Below are positions 1 to 11,049 of a stretch of DNA of 64,000 bases, piece by piece (the stretch's first letter is position 1; every line of letters starts with the position of its first letter). The position numbers and the translations under genes were made by a program. The notes below the pieces were generated by a model. That model did not search any database and was not told the origin of the DNA. It saw nothing but the letters and a program-made list of their open reading frames with translations. The stretch comes from Gnetum montanum (lineage: Eukaryota > Plantae > Gnetophyta). The stretch covers positions 62,001 to 126,000 of the forward strand of contig MNCI01002112.1 in the NCBI GenBank assembly GCA_015680685.1. Reading direction: 5' to 3'.

Positions 1-1770
1 ATCCCTTAAGATGAGGGTAGAAAATAAAGACACGGAGGTCCTAGCCTCAGAGTCAAGAGGAAAGGAGCTTCTATCACTAAAGAAGGGGCTCTTATTGTTA
101 AGGAAAATCCTCCTAATGATGAGGAGGACATTTTTGGAGATGAACAGGAGTCTCCTATGGATGTGGTGCCTCAGCAAATAAGGAAGAAGCTCGCATCAAC
201 CTAGAAGGGACTTCCACTAGAGATCCCTTTGACAAACGCAATTCAACATTGGGGGAATAGATAAATGCTAAGGATGCTACCATAGTTTTGAGTCAAAAAG
301 GAGGGGAACTATAATTAGATGGTAGTGAGTTTGATAATATATTTGATGATGTGTTGATGGGCAATCCTCCCGTTATCACCCCGAGGGTTTACTGGGTAGG
401 AGCCCTCACACTGTCGTTTGCTTTACTCACAGCCTTATTATAGTTCACCTTGGTCATTACTGACACGTTTGATTGCATGAAAAATACCACTGTTAATGCT
501 ATAGGACTCCCTCTGATTTTCATGAAACCATGGGCTGAGACCCCTGACAAGCTCACATTCATGCAAGGGATCGTTGACGACATGATTGGCCATCTTAGAC
601 ATGTCAATCCTGAAGTGGGTAAGTAAAGTAGCTATGATAGGCTCTTTGAGTTTGCTATGATAGAAGATTTGAATTGCTAACATTGCTATGCTAGTGTGAC
701 TAATGCACTCTTTGTGTGGTCATAACCTCTCGCTCAAGTGGGACCTGACACGGGCATTGAAAGTCAATGCCATGCCTACATTCTTGCCCGAAGTGGCCAA
801 GGTGCCTCATCACATATACGATGAGGCTAGAAAATGTGCTTTGCACTCGGCACGCTCCTTGTGGGAGTGTAGGCATGCCAACGAGGATCTATGGAAATGG
901 GCCCAGAAAGTTGAGAAAGAGAAGGATGAATTGAGCACTGAAGTGGGAGACCTCAAATCCAAGAACGAGTTCCTCCTAGCTCATGATACCAATGATGGAA
1001 GTTGGCGCATGATTGTCATAGATTATGCTAGATACTGGATAGTCGTGTGGCAAAACAATGAGGCCACTTGGGAGATAATAGAATAGGGGATGTAGATGGA
1101 CTTGTTGGCTCAGAAGAACCAAGATTGAAAAGACTATAGCACTAGAGTTTACAAGTGGGAGTAGTCCCAGAAAAACAATAAACATATGTAGAAATTGGAA
1201 CGTGCCACCTACCGCAAACTATACAGGGATGCTTTTGGGAAGGTTTTTACTTATAAAGCATTCATAAATGTCATTGGCTCTTCTGATGCCTATAATAAGT
1301 TCATGGAGTAGGTAAAGGTCAATAAATATTCTGAATGGGAAGTGGATCTTCCCATAGGTGAGACTGTTACTGCCTCCTTTTCTCTAGGACCGCCGAGATG
1401 GATGGCCATAAAAAAGGAGAAAGCTACTACAGATGCTAAACCAAGCAATAGACATTGGGAAAACATCATGGAGGAGGAGGTCTGGCACTAACTCAAGCTT
1501 GGTTTGGATTGCATACCCTTCGAGGCGGACATGGGGCCATCTCGGGTTAGTCACTTTCTACTATAGAAAAGGCTTATGCTCTATTCTAGCTTTCATGTGT
1601 TGCTCTAGCTAACTACTTCAATTCTATAATGCAGATCCTTGATGAAGATGCAAGGCCTGTAGAGGGCAGAAATGAAGAGGTAGAAGAGGGAAATGCAGAG
1701 GAAGGTGAGGCAGAATGGAATGATGCAGGAGTAAATGATGTGGGTGAAGATGATGCGGGTGAATATAACC
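1..1770 (+). pseudogene. Last three exons of the element-borne antisense gene (copy A): coiled-coil and acidic C-terminal region
   Basis: ORF 703-1086 (LKWDLTR...LWKWAQKVEKEKDELSTEV) is homologous to ORFs 27823-28209 and 44237-44464. Introns at 619-~725 (GG|GTAAGT) and 1546-1634 (GG|GTTAGT...TGCAG|). Confidence 0.8.
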
Positions 1771-1939
1771 CATGACAGCATGAGATTTTTGAAATTTTGA
1801 ATTTTTGCAAAACTATTGCGAACATTTATCAATGGAAAAAAATTTAATGAAGTAAAATTTGAAAGAAAATTGGTCTTATCCTTGCTTATGCATTTTTTAG
1901 GTGATCATTTTTATGTTATGTTTTCGCTTTTGATGTTTT

Positions 1940-2150
1940 AGTTTTAGGCCATTTCCGGCCTTTGCTAGTTTTAGGCCATTTCGGGTCCCTCTTAGTTTTA
2001 GGCCATTTTGGGCCATTGGATATGATGTAAATAGAAGGAAGTTTACCAATTTTAGGCCTTAGCGAGCCATATATAGTTTTAGGCCATTTCAGTCCATTTC
2101 GGGCCATGGCGTAGTAGTGTAATTTTAGGTCATTTCGGGCCATGTAGTTT
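1940..2150 (-). repeat. ATGGCCCGAAATGGCCTAAAACTAG minisatellite downstream of the protease (copy A)
   Basis: Repeated TTTTAGGCCATTTC units, the reverse complement of the B, C and E arrays. Confidence 0.85.
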
Positions 2151-2159
2151 TCTGAACCG

Positions 2160-4531
2160 ACATGTTTAGTCAACTCTTTTGTTGGATAGTTAGTATCTAC
2201 AGAGATAGGTGCTTCATTCATAGAGGTTACTACCTCTGACCCTTGTTCCATATCTACGTTGTTGATAGCTTGTGCTGCTACCTCATCGCCATGGATTACC
2301 ACCTCCCTGCCTGCATAGGGTAGATGGATCTCCTGATGGATGGGTGAAGAGATAGTCCTAAGTTGTGGTAACCATGACCTTCCCAAGATCAGGTTAAACC
2401 TAGGCATCTCTTCAACTATGATGAACATTGCTTTTGTGAGGAACTGGCCCCCTGCCACGAAGTCAATATGGACCGTGCCTTTTACCACAACCCATGCCAT
2501 GGAAAGGGATGACATTTGTGGCAGATCCATCATCAATGTGTACCCTTCGAATCTTATGTTAGCCGACCCGAATTGTGATGAAAATAGGTGTTGTAGTCAC
2601 CTGACCCTTTTTAGGATCTTCCCTAATGGAATCATCATAGAAAGTTAGTTGGAATGGATTTGATTTTATAGGCGCAGAAGGAAGCATGACCAAATGGATC
2701 AGCTTCTCTTTTGCTGGCATGTTTCTCATCAACAAGAATTACTGTTAACATGCGGACCAAAGCCTCATGATGTGTAGTAGATGTCATGATTAGGTTGTAC
2801 AGGCTTAGCATAGTGTTTTTCTATTTTAGAGCTTACTTAACCTAGGTGAGAGTGCTCAAGAGGTGTTGGCCACTTTTCGGTTTACTGCCTTTCTCCTCTT
2901 CTATCCATCCCAGAAGATGAATTTCCTAAGGAGGGATAGTTTCAGGTCTGGGTTCAGACCCTTTTGGGTGAGAAGGTGAAGACTGTGCACACGTAGCAAC
3001 ATTATCCTTTGGTGAAGAGGGTGTAGATACAGGGGGTGAGGGAATAGGCTTGGAGGTACCTGGGATGGTACCTTCCCTTGACATCTCACCCATGAAGCGC
3101 ACTTCTCATTTCTTAGTACAAGAAGGTTGTGAAGTTGTCTTACATAGGGTGGGGGCTATTGAATGGGTTAGCCCCTAGATAACGAATGGAGCTAATGGTG
3201 TTAATGTGCAAGGTAGTGTGGTTTTGCTATTTATGGGTGGTGGAGGGGTAGATTCCTAGGGAATAGGTGGTGGAAGGGGAGATGTCCGGGGAGGGACTCT
3301 CAAGACAAATAGTTGCCACGAACTTTGATTACTTGTTGGTGGTGCTGGTGCACTATGTTGAGGCACACGGACTACCGACAGCTACTGGGGTAGTGTAGGA
3401 TTACTATCAATGTTGATGGTGTTGATAATGTAACCAGCATTGTTGGCGTTGAGAGGGTCAATGTAGACATGAAGGGATTGATTCTTAGGATATACTGGAT
3501 TGCTTTCATATAGCACCAGTTTTCCTTGATCGATCATCCTTTGGATGTCATCCTTCAATGCCATGCAGTAATCCATGTCATGACCACACTATTGGTGGTA
3601 GTCACAGAACTGCTCTAGCTTGAAACCCTTAGGAATTGGGGGCTGGTTAGGCAAAGCCAACAAGGGGTTCCTAAGGAGTTCACAGTACCGCTGATGCTTC
3701 CTGGCTCCCTCCTCTGACATCCGCTTATGTTGGATGTACCCCACTCCCAGTAATTTCTTCAGAAGATTTGAATGCTTAATAGAAAACAAGGTATACTTTA
3801 AGTGATCTTTATGGTCAAAGTTTGATTTAGGTGGTGCAGATGTCTCAGGTGTGGATGTGGGAGGTTGTGGTGCATTGCCCTATTTGGGCATGGGGTTAGT
3901 TGTATGTGCAGTCAATTTTTTGTTGTTCTTGTTACTGTTGGGTTTGGCTTCATTAACCACAACGGCCATTGTGGCTATTGCAGCCTTACCCTTTTTCTTG
4001 TCCTTCTTCGTGAAGGTGTTCTTATATGCCACATAGGCTGGGTCTTTGCTTACCTCAGCCGCATCTTTTATGCTCTTAGTCTAGGTGAAAACCTAACTAA
4101 GAGTACGTGGAGTGAGATAATACATCTTAGACTTAATAAATTTATTCACTACATCCTTAAAGATGGCCAACAAATGGGCCTCTACAATGGGCTCAGGGAT
4201 TTTGTTAAGGGTTGTGCTCCAGCATTAGATGAACTTCTGGACTAGTTCCAGTGGATCTTGTTTTACACTCATCTACTAATCTAGCATGACCTATAGTCTC
4301 AAGCTGTACTTGAGGCATCTCAAAAACTAGGTCAGAAGCTCCTCTGGGATTGATATGGAGGAGTGTGAAAGGTTGTGGTACTAATCAAGGCATTTTTTTA
4401 TCAAAGACATGGCAAAGACATGAATGATCATGTGCGGACATTGTTGTAGGAGAAGGGACTAAGAGCTAAATGTAACAAAATGTGTGTTTGGATCTCCCTC
4501 CCTATTATATTTCATGAAGTGGGGGAGTGAC
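2160..4531 (-). pseudogene. gag: Degenerate gag-protease (copy A, 5' truncated)
   Basis: LPHFMKYNREGDPN at ~4490-4527, FCDYHQ..GHDMDYC knuckle at ~3565-3610, RVHIDDGSATNV at ~2510-2546, NLILGRSWL. Confidence 0.88.
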
Positions 4532-6183
4532 TAAAACACCCCAAAAAATTTGAAGTCATTCTTGCTTCACCAGGTCTTGCAATTCGAGCAACACCACGAC
4601 AGTTCTTAAGGAGGAGAATGCTCTGAATGTAGGCTGGCTAGTTTGGAAAATTTTCTACTTTAGGTATAAAAAGGCTCTACAGATCATCCTGCCTATCCAC
4701 CTAAGTAGTTTTCCTAGTTGAAAGCCTACTTGGAAATGGTACCCAAAGTTGATAGCAGCGCTCAGGATGCACAAAATAGTTTAGCAAGTTTTCTAAGTCA
4801 CGGATTCTACTACGCTACGCTACACCCTGTTATGTAGTGTAAAAAGCTTCAGGAAATGATTGCGGAATGAAGTGCCATGCTACACTACACTACATAGCAT
4901 AGCGTAGCATGGCAACAGCTATATAACCAGTTTCCTCGATCAACTCTAGGTCCTTCAACAATGTCCCTTTCCATCAAAAAGTGGTGTACCATGTCTGTTG
5001 CTATGCTACACTGAGCTACATGGCACAGCGAGGCATAGAAATCCTGTAGAAGAGACAAAAGGTAGCTCATAGGGCAGGATTAGCAAGTTTGCAAGTCTTG
5101 TAGTATAGGAAGCAATGTTGCAAATTGACAAAGTTTTCATGAATAAGATCAGTCGCTACACTATGCTAAACTACATAGCGTAGCATAGCGTAGCAAGCAT
5201 ACAACACACATGTAGCAGAATGCATGATAAGGTGCTATGCTACGTCAAGCATGCTATGCTACAAAGCACAACCAGGAATGCAGGTGGTTGTGCGACATTA
5301 ATGAACTTCATCAAATTAGACCGTTGGCACACATTTCCAGAGGTTGATGATGCAATTATGATGTGGCAGGCTCATAGTTACGACATAGCAGGCTCACATT
5401 ATAATAGTCGTGCAAGTCCAAAGGTCATGCATAACACATGCAGCATAAGCAAGTCAATGTGGGCCTAAGGCACATGGTGTCCAAACTATCCCTTTCGCGT
5501 TTCCTTGATCCTATAAATACCCTGACAAGCAGCATTCAAAAGGAAGGAATTTTCTAAACAACCAGCATTCAAAAAGTTAGAAATTTTCTTGATTCTTCAA
5601 ATTTTCCTCTCTCTGGCACTCAATTTCTCCTCCCGGCACATTATAACATCAAGCATTATAAGCTTTCTATTTGACACTGCAAACAGTTAGCATTTATAGT
5701 GGGAATTTTGTTCTATCCCCCTTCTACCACCTTGGTAGAATCCCCACATTTTCAACACCCAAGTCTGCGCCCAAGTGCACAACCTATTTTTCTCTACACG
5801 TTCGGGTCAGTCTTGGGATCTCTGCACTTTGTCACGCTGTGCAACTGACTGTATCCTCCTTGACAAAGCAAACTTGTAGCTTTGGAGTAGTGCATTTTTC
5901 TAATTGCATTTTACTTTGTTTCCTGCTTATTGTTGCGTTTTGCACTATTTTTTATGCTTTATTTACTTTCAAGCATTACTTCGCATTTTTGTTCCCATTC
6001 CAAAAATATATGTTGAAAAAGGCTATATAGACACCGATTAAGTCCCTATCTGATCGACCAGACCATTTAAGGTGCCTCGTATCTACTTACACCAACACAG
6101 CCCTCCCGTGGGTATGGGGTTGAAACTGTTGTGCTTGCCAACCCCTTGGTTTTTTCCAGCCGCTAATGTTTTCGGTTGCTACA
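4532..6183 (+). repeat. 5' LTR of copy B (~1.65 kb)
   Basis: Starts TAAAACACC (family start TGAAACACC as at 20409, 57142 and 51225rc), has TATAAA at 5512 and ends GTTGCTACA, followed by the PBS. Confidence 0.85.
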
Positions 6184-6189
6184 GTTTTC

Positions 6190-6206
6190 TGGCACTAGAA
6201 GGAGGG
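6190..6206 (+). promoter_or_regulatory. Primer binding site, tRNA-Asn(GUU) type
   Basis: TGGCACTAGAAGGAGGG; the consensus TGGCGCTAGAAGGAGGG is complementary to the plant tRNA-Asn 3' end (...CCCUCCUUCUAGCG-CCA). Confidence 0.8.
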
Positions 6207-6289
6207 CCTTTTGATGCCTTTTCCATGTGTCATGGTGGTTCTGTAAGCCTTCTGCATCTTGATACACATAAGCATAAATGTGACATCCT

Positions 6290-6730
6290 CTGCAGTTGTT
6301 TGTGCTTTGTGCGATGCAGATCGGTCACCTCGACGATTCCTTGGGAGCCCTATAGAACACAAGGCCTCTAATCCTTGGCTAACTAGCTCATCTTACGATA
6401 GTCTTGCATGTGTTCTGTACCCCATCTAACATGGTACAAATCGGTCGCTTTGACGGTCCCTCAGGGATCCTACAAGACTCCAAGTCTTCTTGATTGCTAG
6501 TTAGCTTGCCCATCTTACGGTAGTCTTGCATGCGTTCTGTACCCCATCTTGCATGGTACAGTCTTCGACGGTCCCTCAGGGACCCTACAAGATGCAAAGC
6601 CTTCTTGATCGCTAGTTAGCTTGCCTATCTTATGGTAGTCTTGCATACGGTCTGTACCCCATCGCGCATGGTACAGACTAGTCACCTTGATAGTTCCTTA
6701 GAAATCTGGCAAGACATAAAGCCTTCTTTT
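6290..6730 (+). repeat. 5' UTR tandem repeat, ~120-bp unit, ~4 copies
   Basis: Recurring GGTCRCYTYGAYGRTYCC...TAGTCTTGCAT...CTGTACCCCATC at ~6322, 6442, 6561 and 6680. Confidence 0.8.
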
Positions 6731-6809
6731 TGCTATTTTCCATTTTCCTTGTTCTTTTGCACTCTTTTGCATAACGTTTTTCACTTTTGGCATAACTATT
6801 TGGTTAACA

Positions 6810-9800
6810 ATGTCTTCTTCAAACATTGTCACTCACACCTTAAACGTTGAAGTTCCCATCATGGTTCGAGGCACTACTGGTGCCGAACAACTGTTGAACC
6901 AGATGTTGGAGGCACATCGATCTCTCAGAATCCAAAATCAAGGACCTGAGGGATTGGCCTAGCAACATGAGCATTATAGTTTCCTTTATGCAAAGGTGTA
7001 GGCAAATCTACCCTTGGATGTACATGAACTTGNCAAAGGTGTAGGCGAATCTACCCTTGGATGTACACGAACTCGAAGACAAAAGCAGCTTCAAGTTTGC
7101 TTACTGCAACGGGAAAGAGTTTGTTCCTATTCCCATCTTTTCCTTTCCTTTAACACAAGCAGACTAAAGGCTTCTAGACCAATTAATCTAGTTGGCTAGG
7201 CTTAGGGAGTAACATGACACTGCATCCAACCAAGACGATGCCTTTTAGGATGGACAGGAGCAACTCGATTCCCAATCAGATAAGGGAGGTCCAACCAACA
7301 TCGTTCCTATCCCTTCTACCCAGTCCTTTTCGGCCAAGTCATTGTCTGTCACTGCTCCCTTCATGATTATGCCTACACTTTTGCAACCCACAATTGCAAC
7401 AGCTATGGGTAGCCATGTCCATCCCATGGGGTTTCAACATCCTCTTTTGCCTATGTCGCGTGTGTCGTTTGTAGCCACTATCCCTTTGCAAGCTGTTCAA
7501 CAGTCCATTCCTATAGCACAACATCTACCAATCACGGCTACCCTACCACATGTTCCTATCGTGCCTATTTCACAATCACATGCAACTTCTACTTCCATTC
7601 CTACATTCACATTCGTTCCACTGACTGTGGTGGGCCTTGACCCATCCACATGGTGGGCCCCATTTTCTCCTTTGCCTACCCCGCAACTGACACAGATGTC
7701 TCACTACATCCATTCACAAGTCCACCAAGCCTCATAGATAGTACAACCAAACACAAGGCTATGGTCTACGCTATCGGTGACACAGGTAGTCCATTCGACA
7801 GCCCAACCTGTGGTTGCTGCCCTAACAACACCACCCGCCAGGTGGTGGACAACACAAATAGCACCGCTCATGGGGGTCATCTTAGCAGTACTACCGATGG
7901 GTCATGTCATCGCCCCAGCCATGCCATAGGTGGGAGCTACCTCTGTAGCTTCCCAACTATCTACAATGTCATCACGTCTAGGCCAAGCATTTTAGCTTAT
8001 CCAGACCCTCACTGAGGAAATAAAATGTCTCAAAGCTGCTAGGTCTGACATGATACAAGTCATGGACTTCTACCAAGATGATCCCATCAGCCCTACAATC
8101 CCTGCATTGACACTGCCCCTAGGGATGTCTCTCCCACACTTCATGAAGTATGATGGGGAGGAGGATCCTAATGCACATATTGTCACCTTCAGGTCTGAAT
8201 ATTTGCTATTGCAAAAATGGCTGCACACGATCATTTGAGTCTTCGCCATGTCTCTAGCTGGGAAAGCCCTAGATTCATACCTCACATTGCCATGTTCGTC
8301 CATTTCAACTTTGGAAGAACTCTTGATCCAGTTCGTGACACGCTTCAAGTACAACTTGAAGTTAGAGACCACACTATATCAATTAATGAGCATGAAGCAA
8401 GACCCGCTAGAACTGGTCCAAAATTTTATTTAACATTGGAGCACAACCCTTAACGAAATCCGCGACCCCATCGCGGAGGCCCAGTTGTTGGCCATCTTTA
8501 AGGGTGCAAAAACGACTTCATCAAGTCCAAACTGTACTACCTCACTCCTCGCTCTCTTAGTCAAGCTTTCACTTAGACTAAGACCATATAGGGCGTGACT
8601 GAGGTAAGCAAAAACTCAGCCTACGTTGCTTACAAAAACACCTTCACAAAGAAGGACAAGGGTAAGGCCCTAACAACCACAATGGCTACTGTGGCGACCA
8701 AGGCCATGTCCAAACCTAGCAATAGTGGTGGCAAGAATAACAAGAAATTGGCTAACCCCACGCCCAAACAGGGCCACATGCCGCAACCTGCGATACCTAC
8801 ACCCAAGACATCTGCACAAACGAAATCCAACTTTGAGTGCAAAGACCGGTTAAAGTACACCCTACTGACTCTAAAGCCTTCAGAGCTTCTGAAGTAACTA
8901 CTAGCAGCGAGATACATCTGACATAAGTAGATGTTGAACGAAGCAATCGTGAGACATCAACGTTATTGCGAGCTCCTTAGGAACCCCTCTTTGGACTTGC
9001 CCAATGAGCCTCCAGTTCCTAGGGCTTTCAGGATAGACAGGTTTTGTGACTACCACCAATAGTGTGGTCACAACACAGATTACTTTCTGGCATTATAGGA
9101 TGACATTCAAAGATTAATCGATCACAAGAAACCTATGTTGGATGAAAGCAACCTAGTATGCCCTAAAAACCAATCTATGTATGTCTACACAGACCCCCTT
9201 AATTCCAACAATGTCATTTACATCACCAACGCCATCGACATTGACAGTGATCCTAGACCACCCCAACAGCAATTTGTGGTCCATGTGCCTCAATGTAGTG
9301 CACTAGCACAACCAGTGGCTAGTCCAAGCTCGCAATAGCCATTCGTCCTGAAAGTCCTGCCATGGGCATCCACCTTAGCACCACCTATTTGAGGGGCCAT
9401 GTGGTCCAGTCCGCTAACACTGTTAAGCTCCTTTCATCATTAGGGGGTCGACTCCTTCAATAGCCCCCTCCCCGCATAAAATAGCTAAAAAACCTTCTTG
9501 TCCTAAAGGATGGGAAGAACGCTTCATAGATGGGACATTGAGAGGACGTACCACCCCTATTACTTCTAGGCCTACATCTCCATCCCTTGCATCTATACCT
9601 TCATCACCAAAGATGAACGTTGCCAAAACCACATAGTTTGTGCCGCCCTACCAAAAAGGGTCTGAACCTAGACCTAAAGTTGGCCCCCCTCAAGAGATTC
9701 ATCTTCTAGGACAAATCGAAGAGGAGGAAAGCTCTAAAGAAAAAAAATTCTACACTGAGCTTGTACGACCTAATCATGACATCTGTACCCCACTGCAAAG

Positions 9801-10678
9801 CTCTAATCCATATGTTGATAGTAGTTCTGGTCGACGAGAACATGCCGGTGGAAGAGGAAGAAATCCACTCGATCATGCTTTCCTCTATACCCGCAGAGCC
9901 CATGCCACCTCAATTCACTTTTAGTGAAAATGCTATTAGGGAAGATCCCAAAGTGGGTCAGGTAACTATGGTGTCTCTCTTCATCATAATTTGGGTCGGC
10001 CAACACTGAATTTGAAGGGTACACATTGATGATGGGGCTGCAAAAAAAGTCATCCCCTTCCCTATTGTGGACAAGTTGGGATTGGTCGACCAGATCAAAC
10101 CCACAACGATGTCATTTTTGAGGTCCTTCAACAGGGCACACGTCCTGGTGAAGGGCATAGTTCATATATACTTCATAGCAGGGGACCAGCTCCCCATAGG
10201 CATAACATTCATCGTGGTTGAGGAAATGCCCAAGTTTAACCTGATCTTGGGAAGATCATGGTTAGTGCAACTTAGGGTTGTCTCCTTGCCTATACACCAG
10301 GAAATCCACTTACCACATGTAGGAAGGGAGGTGGTGATCCATGGTGATGAAGTAGTAATGCAAGCAATCAGTAACGTAGACATGGAGTAGGGCTCAGAGG
10401 TCACAACCTCCAAGAATGAAGCTCTTGGTCATGCATACATTAACCATCCAATGGAGGAGTCAGCCCAGCAAGACAACCTCCAAATCAAAAATGCATGGGT
10501 TGAGTTGCCCTTCCAAGAGGGGGACAATGATGTGAACGAGGACCCCGACGAAACACCTTGGCCTTATATTCTGATCAACCCACAGTGGGTCAAGAGGTAC
10601 CAATGCATAGCATCGCAACCCTACTTCTTCCTGCCCAATTGCCAGCCCATACGCATTCATCGCTTTTTGCTTTGCTAA
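6810..10678 (+). pseudogene. gag: Degenerate gag-protease (copy B)
   Basis: ATG at 6810, Pro/Thr-rich N-terminus, LPHFMKYDGEEDPNAH, SLAGKALD, FCDYHQ..GH knuckle at ~9042, RVHIDDGAA at ~10016, FNLILGRSWL. Confidence 0.9.
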
Positions 10679-10704
10679 CATGCCATTTTTCTGGCATGCT
10701 ATGC

Positions 10705-10890
10705 TATGGCCCGAAATGGCCTAAAACTAGCAATGGCTAGAAACGGCATAAAACTAGCAATGGCCCAAAATGGCCTAAAACTAGAAATGGCTCGAAATGG
10801 CCTAAAAATAGCATTGTTGTTTTTTTCTTTATTAACATACAATTCTTTTGGCATGATACGCAAAGGCCCGAAATGGCCTAAAACTAAGAT
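10705..10890 (+). repeat. 27-bp minisatellite ATGGCCCGAAATGGCCTAAAACTAG (copy B)
   Basis: Units at 10706, 10733, 10760 and 10787, plus one at ~10865. Confidence 0.9.
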
Positions 10891-11049
10891 ATGAAATCAT
10901 GAAAACTTTACACGATACATAAGTTAACGCAAAATCAGTTTCTTTTATGAAGTTTTTCATTTTTATTCAAATCCTTTGTCTATTGAAAATGTTTGCAAAA
11001 ATTGTACAAAATTTCAAAATTTCAAAAAAAGAGAAGAGAAACTCCCATG

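Larger units (their letters stand above)
1..4531 (-). mobile_element. Tat-type gypsy element, copy A (internal fragment: partial gag-PR, minisatellite, 3' part of antisense gene)
   Basis: Reverse complement is colinear with copy B from about 8130 to 12650. Its gag is cut at 4531 by the LTR of copy B. Confidence 0.9.

Noticed and set aside
10000-10020. Programmed stop/readthrough before the protease (TGA shared by B, C and E)
   Set aside because: Copy A has CGA at the equivalent codon, so recurrent CpG deamination explains the shared stops.
10706-10894. Repetitive MARNGLK/GPKWPKT peptides (also at 1916-2150 and 63418-63615)
   Set aside because: They are translations of the 27-bp non-coding minisatellite, and the frame is not conserved.
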